Source of the DNA: a virus
Taxonomy: Duplodnaviria; Caudoviricetes
Direction: 5' to 3' (one strand)
Virus record (IMG/VR): IMGVR_UViG_3300027007_000012
Location: 1 to 64,000 of that record
DNA: 64,000 bases
Position 1 is the stretch's first letter. Each line of letters begins with the position of its first letter. The position numbers were made by a program, and so were the translations under genes. Of the stretch, positions 18,135-29,206 are shown in pieces. The notes under the pieces are model-generated. The model saw nothing but the letters and a program-made list of their open reading frames with translations. It made no database searches and was not told where the DNA came from.

Positions 18135-20003
18135 ATGTCACAGAAACAGAAACAGACCCTGGAAGATCGCCTTCGAGTGACGAAGGTGATAGGAGGACCC
18201 GGGACCGGCAAGACGACCGCCGTGGTCGGCAACCCGGAGTTGGAAATTGACGGGCTGTTCCTCCAGCACATGGACGAGTACAGCCTCAAGGAACAACTCC
18301 TCGTCACCTACACGAAAGGAGCGGTCGAGGAAGCCAAAGATCGCCTCAAGGCGATGACCGGCATCCCGAAAAAGGACCTGGACGACTACGTTCGGACGAT
18401 CCACTCACACGCCTACCATAAGATCGGCGTCGAGAACGGTCAGCTGATCCGGCACGGGTTCAAGAAATCGTTCTGCGACAAACACGGCCTCGAGTTCGAG
18501 CATGACGACGACACGCAGGACCTCGTCTCACTCGGGAGCGACACGTCCGAGGGCAACGTTCTGTTCCGCATCAACGACTGGCTCAAGGCATACCGTCTCG
18601 GGCCGGATGACCACGCCCAGTGCCCCGTCTCGTGGGACGGCCGCCAGGACATCGAAGTCCTCCTCAAAGACTGGGAGGACTACAAGAACCAGCACGACAA
18701 GCTGGAGTTCGCCGACATGATCGAGGGCGTCGTCAGCGAGTGTGTCTCCGTCCTCCGAGAAGGCGGTTACGGCGAGACGGACATAGAGGGAGACCGGGAG
18801 TACCTCCGATCATGTCGCGAGGACCCGGACCTGAACCCCGAAGCGGTCCGGAACCACCCGATGTTCATCGACGAACCAGTCATGTACGTCGACGAGGCAC
18901 AAGATCTGACGTACCTGATGTGGGATTGGTACCTCGCGAACAAACTGGCGTGTGAGAAAGTGTTCCTCGGTGGAGATGACGACCAGTCGGTGTACGGCTG
19001 GGCTGGGGCCGAGCCCGAAGACCAGCTCCTGGCCGAAGAAGGAGAAGTAGAAGTCCTGGAAACGACCTACCGTATCCCCGAGCAGGTGTGGGCGGCGTGT
19101 GACGCCTGTATCCAACAGGTGGACGAGCGCCAGGAGAAAGACATCGAGCCGGCTGGTGATGACGGCGAGTTCATCGCCCTCTCGGGCGGGTACGGCGGGG
19201 TCAACCCGTACGACGTTACCGAGCACCTTCTGGAGACGGATGACGCGATGCTCTTGTTCCGAGCGAAGTACCATATCCTGGAGTTCAGCAAAGAGCTCAA
19301 CCACCTGGGCATCCCGTACAAACACGAGTCACTCCCGTTCCAGACCTGGAGCCGTGACCTGCTGAACGTAAGAGAGGCGCTCACGACGCTGGCTGATGGG
19401 GAGACGATTTCGGCCGACCAGCTGATCACGCTCACGGACCTGGCACCTGACGTCCTCCTTGACGTCAACCAACCCGGTCTCGTCGAGTACACAATCACGG
19501 GGAACGAGTACGGGCCAACAGCGGCGGCCGAGTTCTTCGACCACGGGCTTCGTGACATCACAGGAGGTCAATTCGCGCTTTGGTACGCGAACGCTGCTTG
19601 CGGGTGGAACGACCGAGATGACCCGGACGAGGAACAGTACGAACTCAACGGCTACCAGGGAACCGCACTCAGGGAGAACATCCGACGCAATCTCACCGAC
19701 CGGGACCCCGAGAGCGTCCGCATCATGACCATCCACAAGGCCAAAGGGAAAGAGGCCGACACGGTGGTCCTCGGAACGGACTCAACGACGACCATCCTCG
19801 CCAACATGGACGTCGAACACGACGGTGACGACTCCACCGACCGGGCGATATTCCGCCGGCTGGGAGACGTCGTCGACGACAAGGAACGGCGTGTGATGTA
19901 CGTCGGGATGAGCCGCGCAAAGCGCAAGCTCGTCATGGCCGAGGGTCTCGTCACCCCGGACACGACGCTGCACATCAACGCCCTGGTTCATGGTGATGAC
20001 TGA
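18135..20003 (+). CDS. UvrD/Rep-like superfamily 1 helicase
   Basis: Walker A GGPGTGKTT, TIHS, VDEAQD, GDDDQSVYGW, TIHKAKGKE, YVGMSRA. Confidence 0.92.
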   Translation: MSQKQKQTLEDRLRVTKVIGGPGTGKTTAVVGNPELEIDGLFLQHMDEYSLKEQLLVTYTKGAVEEAKDRLKAMTGIPKKDLDDYVRTIHSHAYHKIGVENGQLIRHGFKKSFCDKHGLEFEHDDDTQDLVSLGSDTSEGNVLFRINDWLKAYRLGPDDHAQCPVSWDGRQDIEVLLKDWEDYKNQHDKLEFADMIEGVVSECVSVLREGGYGETDIEGDREYLRSCREDPDLNPEAVRNHPMFIDEPVMYVDEAQDLTYLMWDWYLANKLACEKVFLGGDDDQSVYGWAGAEPEDQLLAEEGEVEVLETTYRIPEQVWAACDACIQQVDERQEKDIEPAGDDGEFIALSGGYGGVNPYDVTEHLLETDDAMLLFRAKYHILEFSKELNHLGIPYKHESLPFQTWSRDLLNVREALTTLADGETISADQLITLTDLAPDVLLDVNQPGLVEYTITGNEYGPTAAAEFFDHGLRDITGGQFALWYANAACGWNDRDDPDEEQYELNGYQGTALRENIRRNLTDRDPESVRIMTIHKAKGKEADTVVLGTDSTTTILANMDVEHDGDDSTDRAIFRRLGDVVDDKERRVMYVGMSRAKRKLVMAEGLVTPDTTLHINALVHGDD

Positions 20004-20446
20004 TGTGTGATACAGATCCAGTAGATGAGCTGGCATCGCATCTGTGGGAACGGCTGACTACCCAGGAACAGAGCAGTATCAACTACTGTAACGATGTAGA
20101 TGAGCTGGCCAAGCACATTAGACGGCACACGGAGACAACTGTTCGAGAAGCAACTGCGGAAGAACAACTTGCCGCCCGAACATCAGGTCTCACAACGTCG
20201 TACCAAGCCGATGCGTTGTTGTCGAGAGGGTTCAGCGCAGAGGAGATTCTCGATGCCGCAGAGTGGGTGACGAGCAATCACCTGGTACTCCTCTGGATAA
20301 ACGCGATCGAGATGGTCGATACCTGGGTCGAAGAACCGCCGATACGGGCCTGTTGCGACTGTGTCACCATCTTTGGCCACGACAGTATCCACGAACACGA
20401 CGAGCATAGCGTAGTGACGTTTGGGGAGGATGGTGGTCCGGAATGA
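20003..20446 (+). CDS. Hypothetical protein, Cys/His-rich C-terminus
   Basis: Coupled ORF; CCDC ... HDSIHEH. Confidence 0.55.
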   Translation: MCDTDPVDELASHLWERLTTQEQSSINYCNDVDELAKHIRRHTETTVREATAEEQLAARTSGLTTSYQADALLSRGFSAEEILDAAEWVTSNHLVLLWINAIEMVDTWVEEPPIRACCDCVTIFGHDSIHEHDEHSVVTFGEDGGPE

Positions 20447-20685
20447 GTTGGACCGACGAGATCCAGATTCGGGCGACGCTTCCCAACGGGGAAGTCTGGC
20501 AACTCAACTACGCCTGGGCGGCCCGACTGCTGGCCGAGGCGAAGTACCCAGATGAAGGAGACGACCACTTCGAGGAACGGCGCTACTACCTCGACAACCC
20601 GCAGGGGGCGGCCTGGGATCTCCCCAACCTCGTCGACTGGGAGGACATCAGGAGCGTCGGCGCGACTTCTCTGTCGATGCTGTGA
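20443..20685 (+). CDS. Hypothetical protein
   Basis: 80-aa acidic ORF overlapping the upstream stop. Confidence 0.55.
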   Translation: MSWTDEIQIRATLPNGEVWQLNYAWAARLLAEAKYPDEGDDHFEERRYYLDNPQGAAWDLPNLVDWEDIRSVGATSLSML

Positions 20686-20947
20686 CGATGCTCAGGCTCT
20701 CGCCCTCGCATACAGAACGCACTGACACATTACGTACGGACGCCTGTCCCGACGTAACGGCCGTTTCGCATTTCCTCGGTGGGCGGTAGTATCGCCACAG
20801 AGTTGGCGGGCGGACGGGCGGGCGAGACGGCCGTCACTGGCGACACGAACGAGGCGGTGGCGGGGGCGGTCCGCGGGGGCGGACGAACTCCCGCCCGCGG
20901 AGCGGTAGGCGAGCATTTATAAAGGAGTGTCATCATATCAAACATGT

Positions 20948-21118
20948 ATGGATTTGGAAGTTGCATTCACCGACGAGCGGAATAACATCCAAACACAGGA
21001 ATGTTCCACCATTTCAGAGGGTGAAAAGGGTCTCATGTTAATTGAGAATCCAGGCAAGGATATTGTCGGTTACATCCCATATGAGAATTTAGAACGGGTC
21101 ACTCCGAAAGAGCCATAA
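20948..21118 (+). CDS. Small hypothetical protein
   Basis: TTTATAAA TATA box at about 20915; 56 aa from ATG 20948. Confidence 0.55.
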   Translation: MDLEVAFTDERNNIQTQECSTISEGEKGLMLIENPGKDIVGYIPYENLERVTPKEP

Positions 21119-21373
21119 TTTGTACCCTGTTGTCAAAAATAAATTATAGGACCCGAAAACGGGGGTGGGTCCGCTCATATATGCATTCTTTTCTTTCTTT
21201 GAATGCATCTCCGACAGAAAATATTTAAACTTCAAACCTTAATAATTCAACATGGTTGATGACCCAATTGGGTGGATTCTCGGATTGCTTTCAGCCGCCC
21301 TCATCCTTGGTGTCGGTGGCTGGTTGTTACTGTGGCTGTCAGCACACATGTGAGGGTTGCTCAGAGGATATCG

Positions 21374-21616
21374 ATGAGTGAACAGAGTAACGACTGGACT
21401 CCGGAGCAGATAATCGACCTGCTCGCCGAACGCGATGGAAACCCGATCGTTCTGACCAACCACCGGGAGATCCCATACGTCTTGGCCGAGTGGAAGTACA
21501 GCGATAACCATCGCGAGAAGTCCAACTTTCTCATTTTCGACCACCACTGGCTGATTCAAATCAAACACGATATAATTTTTTGCGATCGAGTTGTGTATCT
21601 GACCTTCCGAGAGTAG
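21374..21616 (+). CDS. Small hypothetical protein
   Basis: GAGG RBS, ATG 21374; AT-rich. Confidence 0.45.
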   Translation: MSEQSNDWTPEQIIDLLAERDGNPIVLTNHREIPYVLAEWKYSDNHREKSNFLIFDHHWLIQIKHDIIFCDRVVYLTFRE

Positions 21617-21638
21617 TTACCAACAAGATATATCCTTC

Positions 21639-24600
21639 ATGGCGTCATGGTACCCTCCTATGGTCTCTGACTTTCTTGGATCGAGGACTGGCCGTCCGTG
21701 GACTTCCGACCGGACGGGCGCTGACTTCGAGTTCTATCAGGGAGAGGGCTCGAGCGCGCTGGAGATAGTCGTCGTCGAGCACGATGAACGGCCGACCAAG
21801 GAGTTCCTCCAACGAACCTATACCGACCGCCGGGGTGGACGGGTTAATCCGATTCTCGTGGTCGCGCTCTACGATGACAAGGTCGGCCTGTGTGGGCCGA
21901 GTGGCGAAGACCCGCCCGTATTCCGTGATGTTGATCGCGGCCAAGCCGAGCGTGTCTGTGACGCCGCCCTGAAAAAGCCAGATAGACACGTTGCTCAGGC
22001 TTTTCTCACCAACACGCTCCCACAGCTGGACGAGGAACTGGCCGGGCTACGGAACCAGGGCCTTCTGTCGACGCACGAACTCAGGGTTGGGGTGCCCGAC
22101 CGCGACGATTGGGAGGAGGCTACTGAACGTGCTCAACAAGCCCTCACGGACGATCCGCGGGACTTGGTGGAAGGGCTGAACTATGAGATTGATAGGCTCA
22201 CGGACCAGAGCTACGTCCTCAAGGACACCAGTGACGGACACGAGCGAGCGGTTGCCATGTTCCTCCAAGAGGACGAGTCGTTCGACCACAAACAGGACCG
22301 CTTCGTCAACAAGTCGCCGGTAGCGTACGCGCTCAACGAAGCCGACAAGCGAAATCTGGACTACGTGATCGGGAGTAGCGGTGATACACTTCGACTCTAC
22401 ACGACAAACCCCGAAGCTGGATTCGGCTCACGCGGACGCACCGACACATACGTCGAAGTAAATACAAATCTTCTGGCCGACGAGAAAGCGGCGTATCTCT
22501 GGTTATTGTTCTCGGCGAATGCGCTCCGCGATGACGGAGCCCTTCACCAGATTATGGAGGACTCGAAGGAGTACGCCGCCGACCTCGGAGGGCGTCTCCG
22601 GAATCGCATCTACGACGACGTCATTCCCGACCTCGCGGAGGCCATCGCGGAGGCACGCGACATCGACGACCCGACGAAGGAGCAACTCGACCAGACATAC
22701 GAGATGGCGCTCTTTCTCCTCTATCGTCTCCTGTTTATCGCCTACGCTGAAGACGAAGAGTTCCTCCCGCGCCGACGGAACGGTCGCTATGATAGACATT
22801 CGCTAAAACAGAAGGCTCACGATCTTCACGAACTCGTACAGGAGGGCGGTGAGTTTGACGACTCTTTCTACGACCACTGGGATGACGTGATGCGGCTCTC
22901 GCGTGCTATCCACCACGGGCATGAAGAAATGGGTCTCCCCGCCTACGAGGGCCGAATTCTCTCCGAGGATGAAGATGTCTCCGAGGCGGGTGCACGACTC
23001 GCGGATATCAGACTGAATAACGCTGACTTTGGCCCTGTGCTGTTCCGGTTGCTCGTTGACGAAACGGAGGATGGGTATCAAGGGCCGGTCGACTTCCGAA
23101 ACATCGGCGTCCGCGAGTTCGGTGTCATCTATGAAGGGCTTCTGGAGTCCGAGCTCTCTGTTGCTGAACAGCCGTTGACTACAGACGAAGACGGACACTA
23201 CCAGCCGGTCGACAGTGGTGGACAGCAAACGCTGGGAGAGGACGACGAGGATGTAGTCGTTAATGAGGGAGAAGTATACCTCCACGGTCAGTCAGGGGAA
23301 CGGAAGGCCACTGGCACCTACTACACCAAGACGAAGTTTGTTGAGCACCTCTTGGATAACTCGCTTGATCCCGCATTAGACGACCATTTGGAACGTATTG
23401 ATCGGATTCGTGAGGAGGAAGGTGAAAATGCCGCCGCTGAAGCCTTCTTTGACATCCGGGTCTCGGACATCGCAATGGGTTCTGGACATTTTCTCGTGGG
23501 CGCGGTGGATCGGGTTGAATCGAAGCTCTATACGTACCTTACAGAAAACCCTCTTACACCAGTCCAAGAGGAACTTGACAATCTGGAAGACGCGGCACTC
23601 AGTGCGTTTGATGACGAAGAGTATGCACCAAATATTGAACGCGGGCAACTTCTTCGACGCCAAGTTGCACGACGCTGTATCTATGGAGCGGATTTGAATC
23701 CTCTTGCAACCGAACTTGCTCGACTCTCCATCTGGGTACACACATTTGTCCCCGGGCTTCCGCTCACCTTCCTTGATTATAACCTCGTGACGGGTGATTC
23801 GTTGGCCGGTATCGGAACGTTGGATGAGGTCACAGAATCGCTCGACATTGAACAATCGTCGCTGGGGATGTTTGCCGGTGGCCAGAGCGTGATGAACGAA
23901 ATCCGTGAGGACATCGGACAACTTGGTGACTTTGCGGACGCGAGTGCGGAACAGGTTCAGGAGGCGCGTGCAACTCGTGCTAAGATCGAGGCGAAATTAG
24001 AGGAAGTTCGTGCTCGGTTCGATGTACTGGCCGCATCACGGATTGATGATGATATCGACACTGACCCTGTATCCGACACTGGTATTGACATAACCGAGAA
24101 AGATTGCTACGAACAGGCTCAAGAGCTACTGGAGTCGACTGATCCACTCCACTTCCCCGCCGCATTCCCTGAGGTCTTTGACGGCGACAACCCCGGGTTT
24201 GATGTTATCCTTGGCAATCCTCCATGGGAAGAAGCGACTTTGGAAGAAGACGAGTTCTGGATGCGCTACGAGCCCGGATTTCAGGCAAAGTCACAGGCTG
24301 AACAGGAGAAGCTCAAAGAAAAACTCCGAGAGGAGCGTCCTGATCTTGTCGAACAATATGAAAGCGAATTAGCTGAGCAAGACAGGCGTAGGGCGCTGTT
24401 GCGGAATGGGCCATTCCCAGGGATGGGTACCGGCGATCCTGACACCTACAAAGCGTTTTCTTGGAGATTCTGGTCCCTTACAAAAACAGAAGGCCGGTCC
24501 GGTGTTGTTCTTCCTCGAAGCGTCTTCAGTGCGGCTGGTTCTGAAGAAATTAGACGCGAACTCCTCGATAAGAGTATCATTCGCGATCTCACATTCGTCG

Positions 24601-25802
24601 TCAATAATCGGAACTGGGTCTTCTCCGCCGTTCATCCTCAATACACGATAGCATTGTTGAGCTTTGAAAAGTCGGAACCCACAGATGATGATGTTCTCTC
24701 AATCCGAGGACCATTCCCCAGTGCTGAGGCTTTTGAAGAAGGACATCAAGGCCCCCCTCACACCTTCTCAATTGATAGAGCGAAGAATTGGACCGGAACA
24801 GCCGCTTTCCCGTTGCTACCGCCAACTCCTGAGGCTGGGGAAGTTTTCGAGACATTGGCCGAAGCTCCGCCTCTCGACAGAGATGAGCCCGGCGAATGGC
24901 GTGCAAGACCTAATACGGAGTTGCATGCCACTAATGATAAAAAGAAAGATGATGGCACCGAGCTGATGAAGTTCTTTGATGAGGGTGAGACACCGCCTGA
25001 TGATTACTGGCCAATTTTCAAAGGGGGGTCTTTTGACACTTGGAATCCTGATACTGGCGAAAGATATGCTTGGGCCGACCCAGAGATAATGCTCGACCAT
25101 CTTCAAGAAAGCCGGGAAAGCTCTTACCAATACGCTGGAAAACGGTCCGCGTTCTATGAGATGCCCGAGGAGTGGGTGTATGACAAGAGCACGCTATCAT
25201 GCTTTTCTCCACGGGTTGTATTTCGAGATGTAACAAGGGCAACGGACACGCGGACCGTTCGCTCAGCTCTCATCCCACCAGAGACCTTCTTAACAAACAA
25301 AGCGCCCTATTTCCTATGGCCACAGGGTGATGAGCGTGATGAAGCATATCTTCTTGGCGTCCTATGTTCGATTCCTCTCGACTGGTATGCCAGACGGTTC
25401 GTGGAAACTACACTCAACTACCACATCCTAAATGGCTTCCCAATCCCACGACAAGGGCAAGATAGTGCCCTTCGTCAACGTGTAGTCGAACTCTCTGGCC
25501 GACTCGCCGCTGTAGATGAACGATATGCTGAGTGGGCGGATTCGGTCGGAGTAGAATATGGATCACTCGATGAGGATACGAAACAGGAGAAAATCTACGA
25601 ACTGGATGCGGTCGTCGCTCATCTCTATGGGCTGACCCGAGACCATGTCGAGGTGATCTTCGAGACCTTCCATGATGGATGGGATCACGAGGAACGATTA
25701 GAGCGCGTTCTCGACTACTACGCGAGTTGGGCGGATCGACTGGACCTCGACCACACCGACCGCGAGACGGAACAAGCGGCTGGAACCAGAAACGATGACT
25801 GA
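21639..25802 (+). CDS. Eco57I/type IIG-like N6-adenine DNA methyltransferase with target-recognition domain (DrmMI-like)
   Basis: GTYYT, motif I DIAMGSGHFL, YGADLN, motif IV GNPPW; C-terminal TRD; 1387 aa. Confidence 0.9.
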   Translation: MASWYPPMVSDFLGSRTGRPWTSDRTGADFEFYQGEGSSALEIVVVEHDERPTKEFLQRTYTDRRGGRVNPILVVALYDDKVGLCGPSGEDPPVFRDVDRGQAERVCDAALKKPDRHVAQAFLTNTLPQLDEELAGLRNQGLLSTHELRVGVPDRDDWEEATERAQQALTDDPRDLVEGLNYEIDRLTDQSYVLKDTSDGHERAVAMFLQEDESFDHKQDRFVNKSPVAYALNEADKRNLDYVIGSSGDTLRLYTTNPEAGFGSRGRTDTYVEVNTNLLADEKAAYLWLLFSANALRDDGALHQIMEDSKEYAADLGGRLRNRIYDDVIPDLAEAIAEARDIDDPTKEQLDQTYEMALFLLYRLLFIAYAEDEEFLPRRRNGRYDRHSLKQKAHDLHELVQEGGEFDDSFYDHWDDVMRLSRAIHHGHEEMGLPAYEGRILSEDEDVSEAGARLADIRLNNADFGPVLFRLLVDETEDGYQGPVDFRNIGVREFGVIYEGLLESELSVAEQPLTTDEDGHYQPVDSGGQQTLGEDDEDVVVNEGEVYLHGQSGERKATGTYYTKTKFVEHLLDNSLDPALDDHLERIDRIREEEGENAAAEAFFDIRVSDIAMGSGHFLVGAVDRVESKLYTYLTENPLTPVQEELDNLEDAALSAFDDEEYAPNIERGQLLRRQVARRCIYGADLNPLATELARLSIWVHTFVPGLPLTFLDYNLVTGDSLAGIGTLDEVTESLDIEQSSLGMFAGGQSVMNEIREDIGQLGDFADASAEQVQEARATRAKIEAKLEEVRARFDVLAASRIDDDIDTDPVSDTGIDITEKDCYEQAQELLESTDPLHFPAAFPEVFDGDNPGFDVILGNPPWEEATLEEDEFWMRYEPGFQAKSQAEQEKLKEKLREERPDLVEQYESELAEQDRRRALLRNGPFPGMGTGDPDTYKAFSWRFWSLTKTEGRSGVVLPRSVFSAAGSEEIRRELLDKSIIRDLTFVVNNRNWVFSAVHPQYTIALLSFEKSEPTDDDVLSIRGPFPSAEAFEEGHQGPPHTFSIDRAKNWTGTAAFPLLPPTPEAGEVFETLAEAPPLDRDEPGEWRARPNTELHATNDKKKDDGTELMKFFDEGETPPDDYWPIFKGGSFDTWNPDTGERYAWADPEIMLDHLQESRESSYQYAGKRSAFYEMPEEWVYDKSTLSCFSPRVVFRDVTRATDTRTVRSALIPPETFLTNKAPYFLWPQGDERDEAYLLGVLCSIPLDWYARRFVETTLNYHILNGFPIPRQGQDSALRQRVVELSGRLAAVDERYAEWADSVGVEYGSLDEDTKQEKIYELDAVVAHLYGLTRDHVEVIFETFHDGWDHEERLERVLDYYASWADRLDLDHTDRETEQAAGTRNDD

Positions 25803-28800
25803 ACAGCCACAAGTCGTCGACAACCGGGACGGCAATACCCTTGCCGCCGCTATCAACGCCTACCTCGGGGACTTGGACGAACGGCTGGCCGATGACCCGG
25901 ACCTCGACATCGCCACTGGCTACTTCAATCCGAGAGGATACTTTTCGGTCGCTGAGGGACTGGAACATGTTGATCAGGTCAGGCTTCTTATTGGTGCCCA
26001 GCCCGATCAGGAGGGCAAGGAACGCTGGCGACACCCAGAGGAACCACAAGGGGAGGCATACGAACGCAAGCGCATCGAGGAGGCCCTTCAGACACTGGAT
26101 TTCAATCTCAAGCGCGACAGAGACTTGCTGGGCTTCTCGCGTAACGTCGATCAGGGCCTTCAGGAACTTGTCGACTTCCTCCGAAGTGACCGCGTCGAAG
26201 TTCGCCGCCACGAAGACAGCTTTGTCCACGGGAAGGCGTACCTGTTCTCGGACAGCCAGGGCGTGCTCGCGGGTTCCTCGAACTTCACCGGGGCGGGCCT
26301 AAACTCGAACTTGGAGCTGAATCTCGGAGCATACGATCCCCACGTAACCGGGGAAGTCAACAACTGGTTCGAAGATCTCTGGGAAGCCAGCGACCCATTC
26401 GATCTCGCCAGCCTCTACGAAGAACGATTCGAACCTTATGACCCCCATCTCATCTACCTCCGGGTGCTCTACGAGCGGTACGGTGACGAACTGGAGGAAG
26501 AACGAGAGGACGACGGGGGTGCCATCAACCTCACCAATTTCCAACAGGACAGCGTTAGGAGAGCGAATCGATTCCTCGACAAACACAACGGTGTCATCAT
26601 CGCCGATGAGGTTGGTCTTGGGAAGACGTATATCGGAGGGAAGCTCCTTGAACAGTACGTTCAGGAGAACCGACAGCGTGCACTTGTCGTCGCACCAGCG
26701 TACCTCCGAGACGGAATGTGGGAACAAAAGCCGGCCGAGTGGGGCGTACAATTCGAGACGGTCTCCTACGCTCAACTCCGAAACGACAGCCAACTCGGCG
26801 GGGACGCCAACAATCTCAGTCTCCCCGTCGACGAGTATCAGTTGGTCGTTATCGACGAGGCTCACGCGTTCCGCAATCCTGGAACCCAGCAATCCCACGC
26901 TCTCCGGACACTCCTCCGGGGTGATCCACCGAAGGACGTGGTCATGCTCACAGCCACACCGGTCAACAACTCGCTCTGGGACCTGTACTACCTCCTGAAT
27001 TACTTCGTCCGGAACGACGCGGCCTTCGCCAACGAAGGTATCCGGTCACTCCGGGACCAGTTCAAGGAAGCCCAGGCGGAGGATCCGTCGGACCTCAGTC
27101 CCGACATGCTGTTCGATGTCCTCGACCAGACGACCGTACGTCGAACACGCCGGTTCATCAAGAACCATTATGAGAACGCCACGATGCCCGACGGCGACGA
27201 CGGAGAGGTTCGAATTAATTTCCCTGATCCGAAGCCCCAACGCGTCGACTACACCTTTACGGACACATTTGGTGACGACTATTTCCTCGATGTCGCGGAG
27301 GGGCTGGCGGCCGGTGATCGGGACGAAGCCGAGCTCACGCTGGCTCGCTATCGTCCATCCTACTATCTGGAGGGCGAGGAGGATGCCTCCGAACTCTCAC
27401 TGGTCGGCCTGTTGCGGACGGGCCTCCTCAAGCGGTTCGAGTCGTCGAGCTACGCTTTCAAGAACACCCTCGACGGGATGATTTCGCAAAACCGTGTCGC
27501 GCTCCAACTTATCGAGGAAGGATATTTCCCGGAGACGAACGCGATTGAGGAGTGGGTTGAGACGGATAGTGACGAAGGGATGGAAGAACTCCTCGATGAG
27601 GCGAGCGACGGAAATATTTCGCTGGCGGCGGCCGATGCCGATCCCGCCGAGCTTCGGGCGGACTTGGAGTACGACATAGAGATACTGGAACGGTGGCGCG
27701 ACGGAGCCCAGGACGTCAGTCGAGACGATGACGAGAAGCTCCATGCGCTCCGTGATACGCTTGAGGATATCGTTGAGACGGCGAGAGAGGACGCTGAGGC
27801 CCGACAAATTTCGGACGAGGAGATCGAGGCGGCCTTCCGTCAGAACCGGAAGGTGCTGTTGTTCTCCTATTACGAGGACACCGTCGATTGGATTTACGAA
27901 TACCTGGAGTCCGTCGTCTCCGAGGACGAAGACTTGTCGTGTTACGAGGGCCGTATTGCCGCTGTGTCCGGCGACGGCTCAAAGTACGGCGTCACACGAG
28001 AGGAAGCCGTCCACGGGTTTGCACCAAACTCAGGTGACGCCCCGCCGGATGCCACGGACGAGTTTGACATTCTAATCACGACGGATGTCCTGGGTCAGGG
28101 TGTCAACCTCCAAGAAGCACGTAACGTCATTAACTACGACCTCCCCTGGAATCCGATGCGCGTTGTCCAGCGGAACGGTCGTATCGACCGCGTCAATTCC
28201 CCGCATTCCGAAATTTATCCGTTCTCGTTCTTCCCTGAGGATCGACTGGACGATCTTCTTGAACTCGAACACCGAGTTCGGGAGAAGCTCACCCAAGCGG
28301 CACGTTCTATCGGTGTGAGTGGCGGTGTGATACCCGATATGGAGACCCTCAATCAGAACTTCGCTGAGAAGGTCGAAGAAATCGACTCGATCCAACAAGA
28401 GGAATCTGACTTCTATGAACAAGGTGGGGCTGAAGCGGCGGCCTATTCCGGCGAGGAGTACCGCCAGGAACTCCGCGAGGGACTTGAAGACCGCGAGGAT
28501 CAGATCACATCGCTTCCGTGGGCCGCTGGGTCGGGGTTCCGTGGCGACGATCCGGGCTACTTCTTTTGTGCGCGAGTGGGCGACGAGGTGTTCATGCGGT
28601 TTGTTCCTCACGAGATGGAAGGGGATGACGAACTGGTTCAGGATACGCTCACCTGTCTGAAGCGTATCGAATGTTCTCGTGACACTGAACGGGCCCTCCC
28701 CGATGGAATGCGAGACCAAATCTATGGTGCATGGGAGACGGCACAGGAAGACATCTATAGTCAATGGCAAGAACAGACTGATCCGCTGAATGTCCAGCCT

Positions 28801-29163
28801 GACATCCGGCGGTTGTTCCGTGAAGTCGGCCAACACCTCCGTGACCACTGGCCCGACGACAAGACCCAGGAGGAGCTCCAGGAGACGGTCGAAGCAGTTG
28901 AGGCTCCCTGGGGTCGCCGCTACGAACGTGAACTCCGGGAGATCTACGAAGACGAGTCGCTGGGCCCGATCGAGAAGTCCCGCGAGCTCGTCGAGAAAGT
29001 CGATGATCTGGGCCTCCAACCGTTCGAGGCACCCGACCCGCTTCCACCGATCGAGGAGGACGAAGTGAAGTTGGTCTGCTGGATGATCGTCGCTCCTGGC
29101 GAAGGCGCGAGTGAGCGTAATGATCGCCCGGGACTGATGTCCCAAGTGACGTTCGATACGTAA
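25795..29163 (+). CDS. PLD-nuclease domain fused to an SNF2-family helicase
   Basis: HGKAYLFSD ... GSSNFT (HKD-type), ADEVGLGKT, DEAH, LTATPVNN, QRNGRIDR; 8-nt overlap with the MTase gene. Confidence 0.9.
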   Translation: MTEQPQVVDNRDGNTLAAAINAYLGDLDERLADDPDLDIATGYFNPRGYFSVAEGLEHVDQVRLLIGAQPDQEGKERWRHPEEPQGEAYERKRIEEALQTLDFNLKRDRDLLGFSRNVDQGLQELVDFLRSDRVEVRRHEDSFVHGKAYLFSDSQGVLAGSSNFTGAGLNSNLELNLGAYDPHVTGEVNNWFEDLWEASDPFDLASLYEERFEPYDPHLIYLRVLYERYGDELEEEREDDGGAINLTNFQQDSVRRANRFLDKHNGVIIADEVGLGKTYIGGKLLEQYVQENRQRALVVAPAYLRDGMWEQKPAEWGVQFETVSYAQLRNDSQLGGDANNLSLPVDEYQLVVIDEAHAFRNPGTQQSHALRTLLRGDPPKDVVMLTATPVNNSLWDLYYLLNYFVRNDAAFANEGIRSLRDQFKEAQAEDPSDLSPDMLFDVLDQTTVRRTRRFIKNHYENATMPDGDDGEVRINFPDPKPQRVDYTFTDTFGDDYFLDVAEGLAAGDRDEAELTLARYRPSYYLEGEEDASELSLVGLLRTGLLKRFESSSYAFKNTLDGMISQNRVALQLIEEGYFPETNAIEEWVETDSDEGMEELLDEASDGNISLAAADADPAELRADLEYDIEILERWRDGAQDVSRDDDEKLHALRDTLEDIVETAREDAEARQISDEEIEAAFRQNRKVLLFSYYEDTVDWIYEYLESVVSEDEDLSCYEGRIAAVSGDGSKYGVTREEAVHGFAPNSGDAPPDATDEFDILITTDVLGQGVNLQEARNVINYDLPWNPMRVVQRNGRIDRVNSPHSEIYPFSFFPEDRLDDLLELEHRVREKLTQAARSIGVSGGVIPDMETLNQNFAEKVEEIDSIQQEESDFYEQGGAEAAAYSGEEYRQELREGLEDREDQITSLPWAAGSGFRGDDPGYFFCARVGDEVFMRFVPHEMEGDDELVQDTLTCLKRIECSRDTERALPDGMRDQIYGAWETAQEDIYSQWQEQTDPLNVQPDIRRLFREVGQHLRDHWPDDKTQEELQETVEAVEAPWGRRYERELREIYEDESLGPIEKSRELVEKVDDLGLQPFEAPDPLPPIEEDEVKLVCWMIVAPGEGASERNDRPGLMSQVTFDT

Positions 29164-29206
29164 CACCTTCAATTAGCGAGTACAGTTGTTTTAGACGAGC
29201 GTCATA

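Noticed and set aside
28072-29172. Minus-strand ORF (366 aa)
   Set aside because: Antisense shadow of the SNF2 helicase; no motifs
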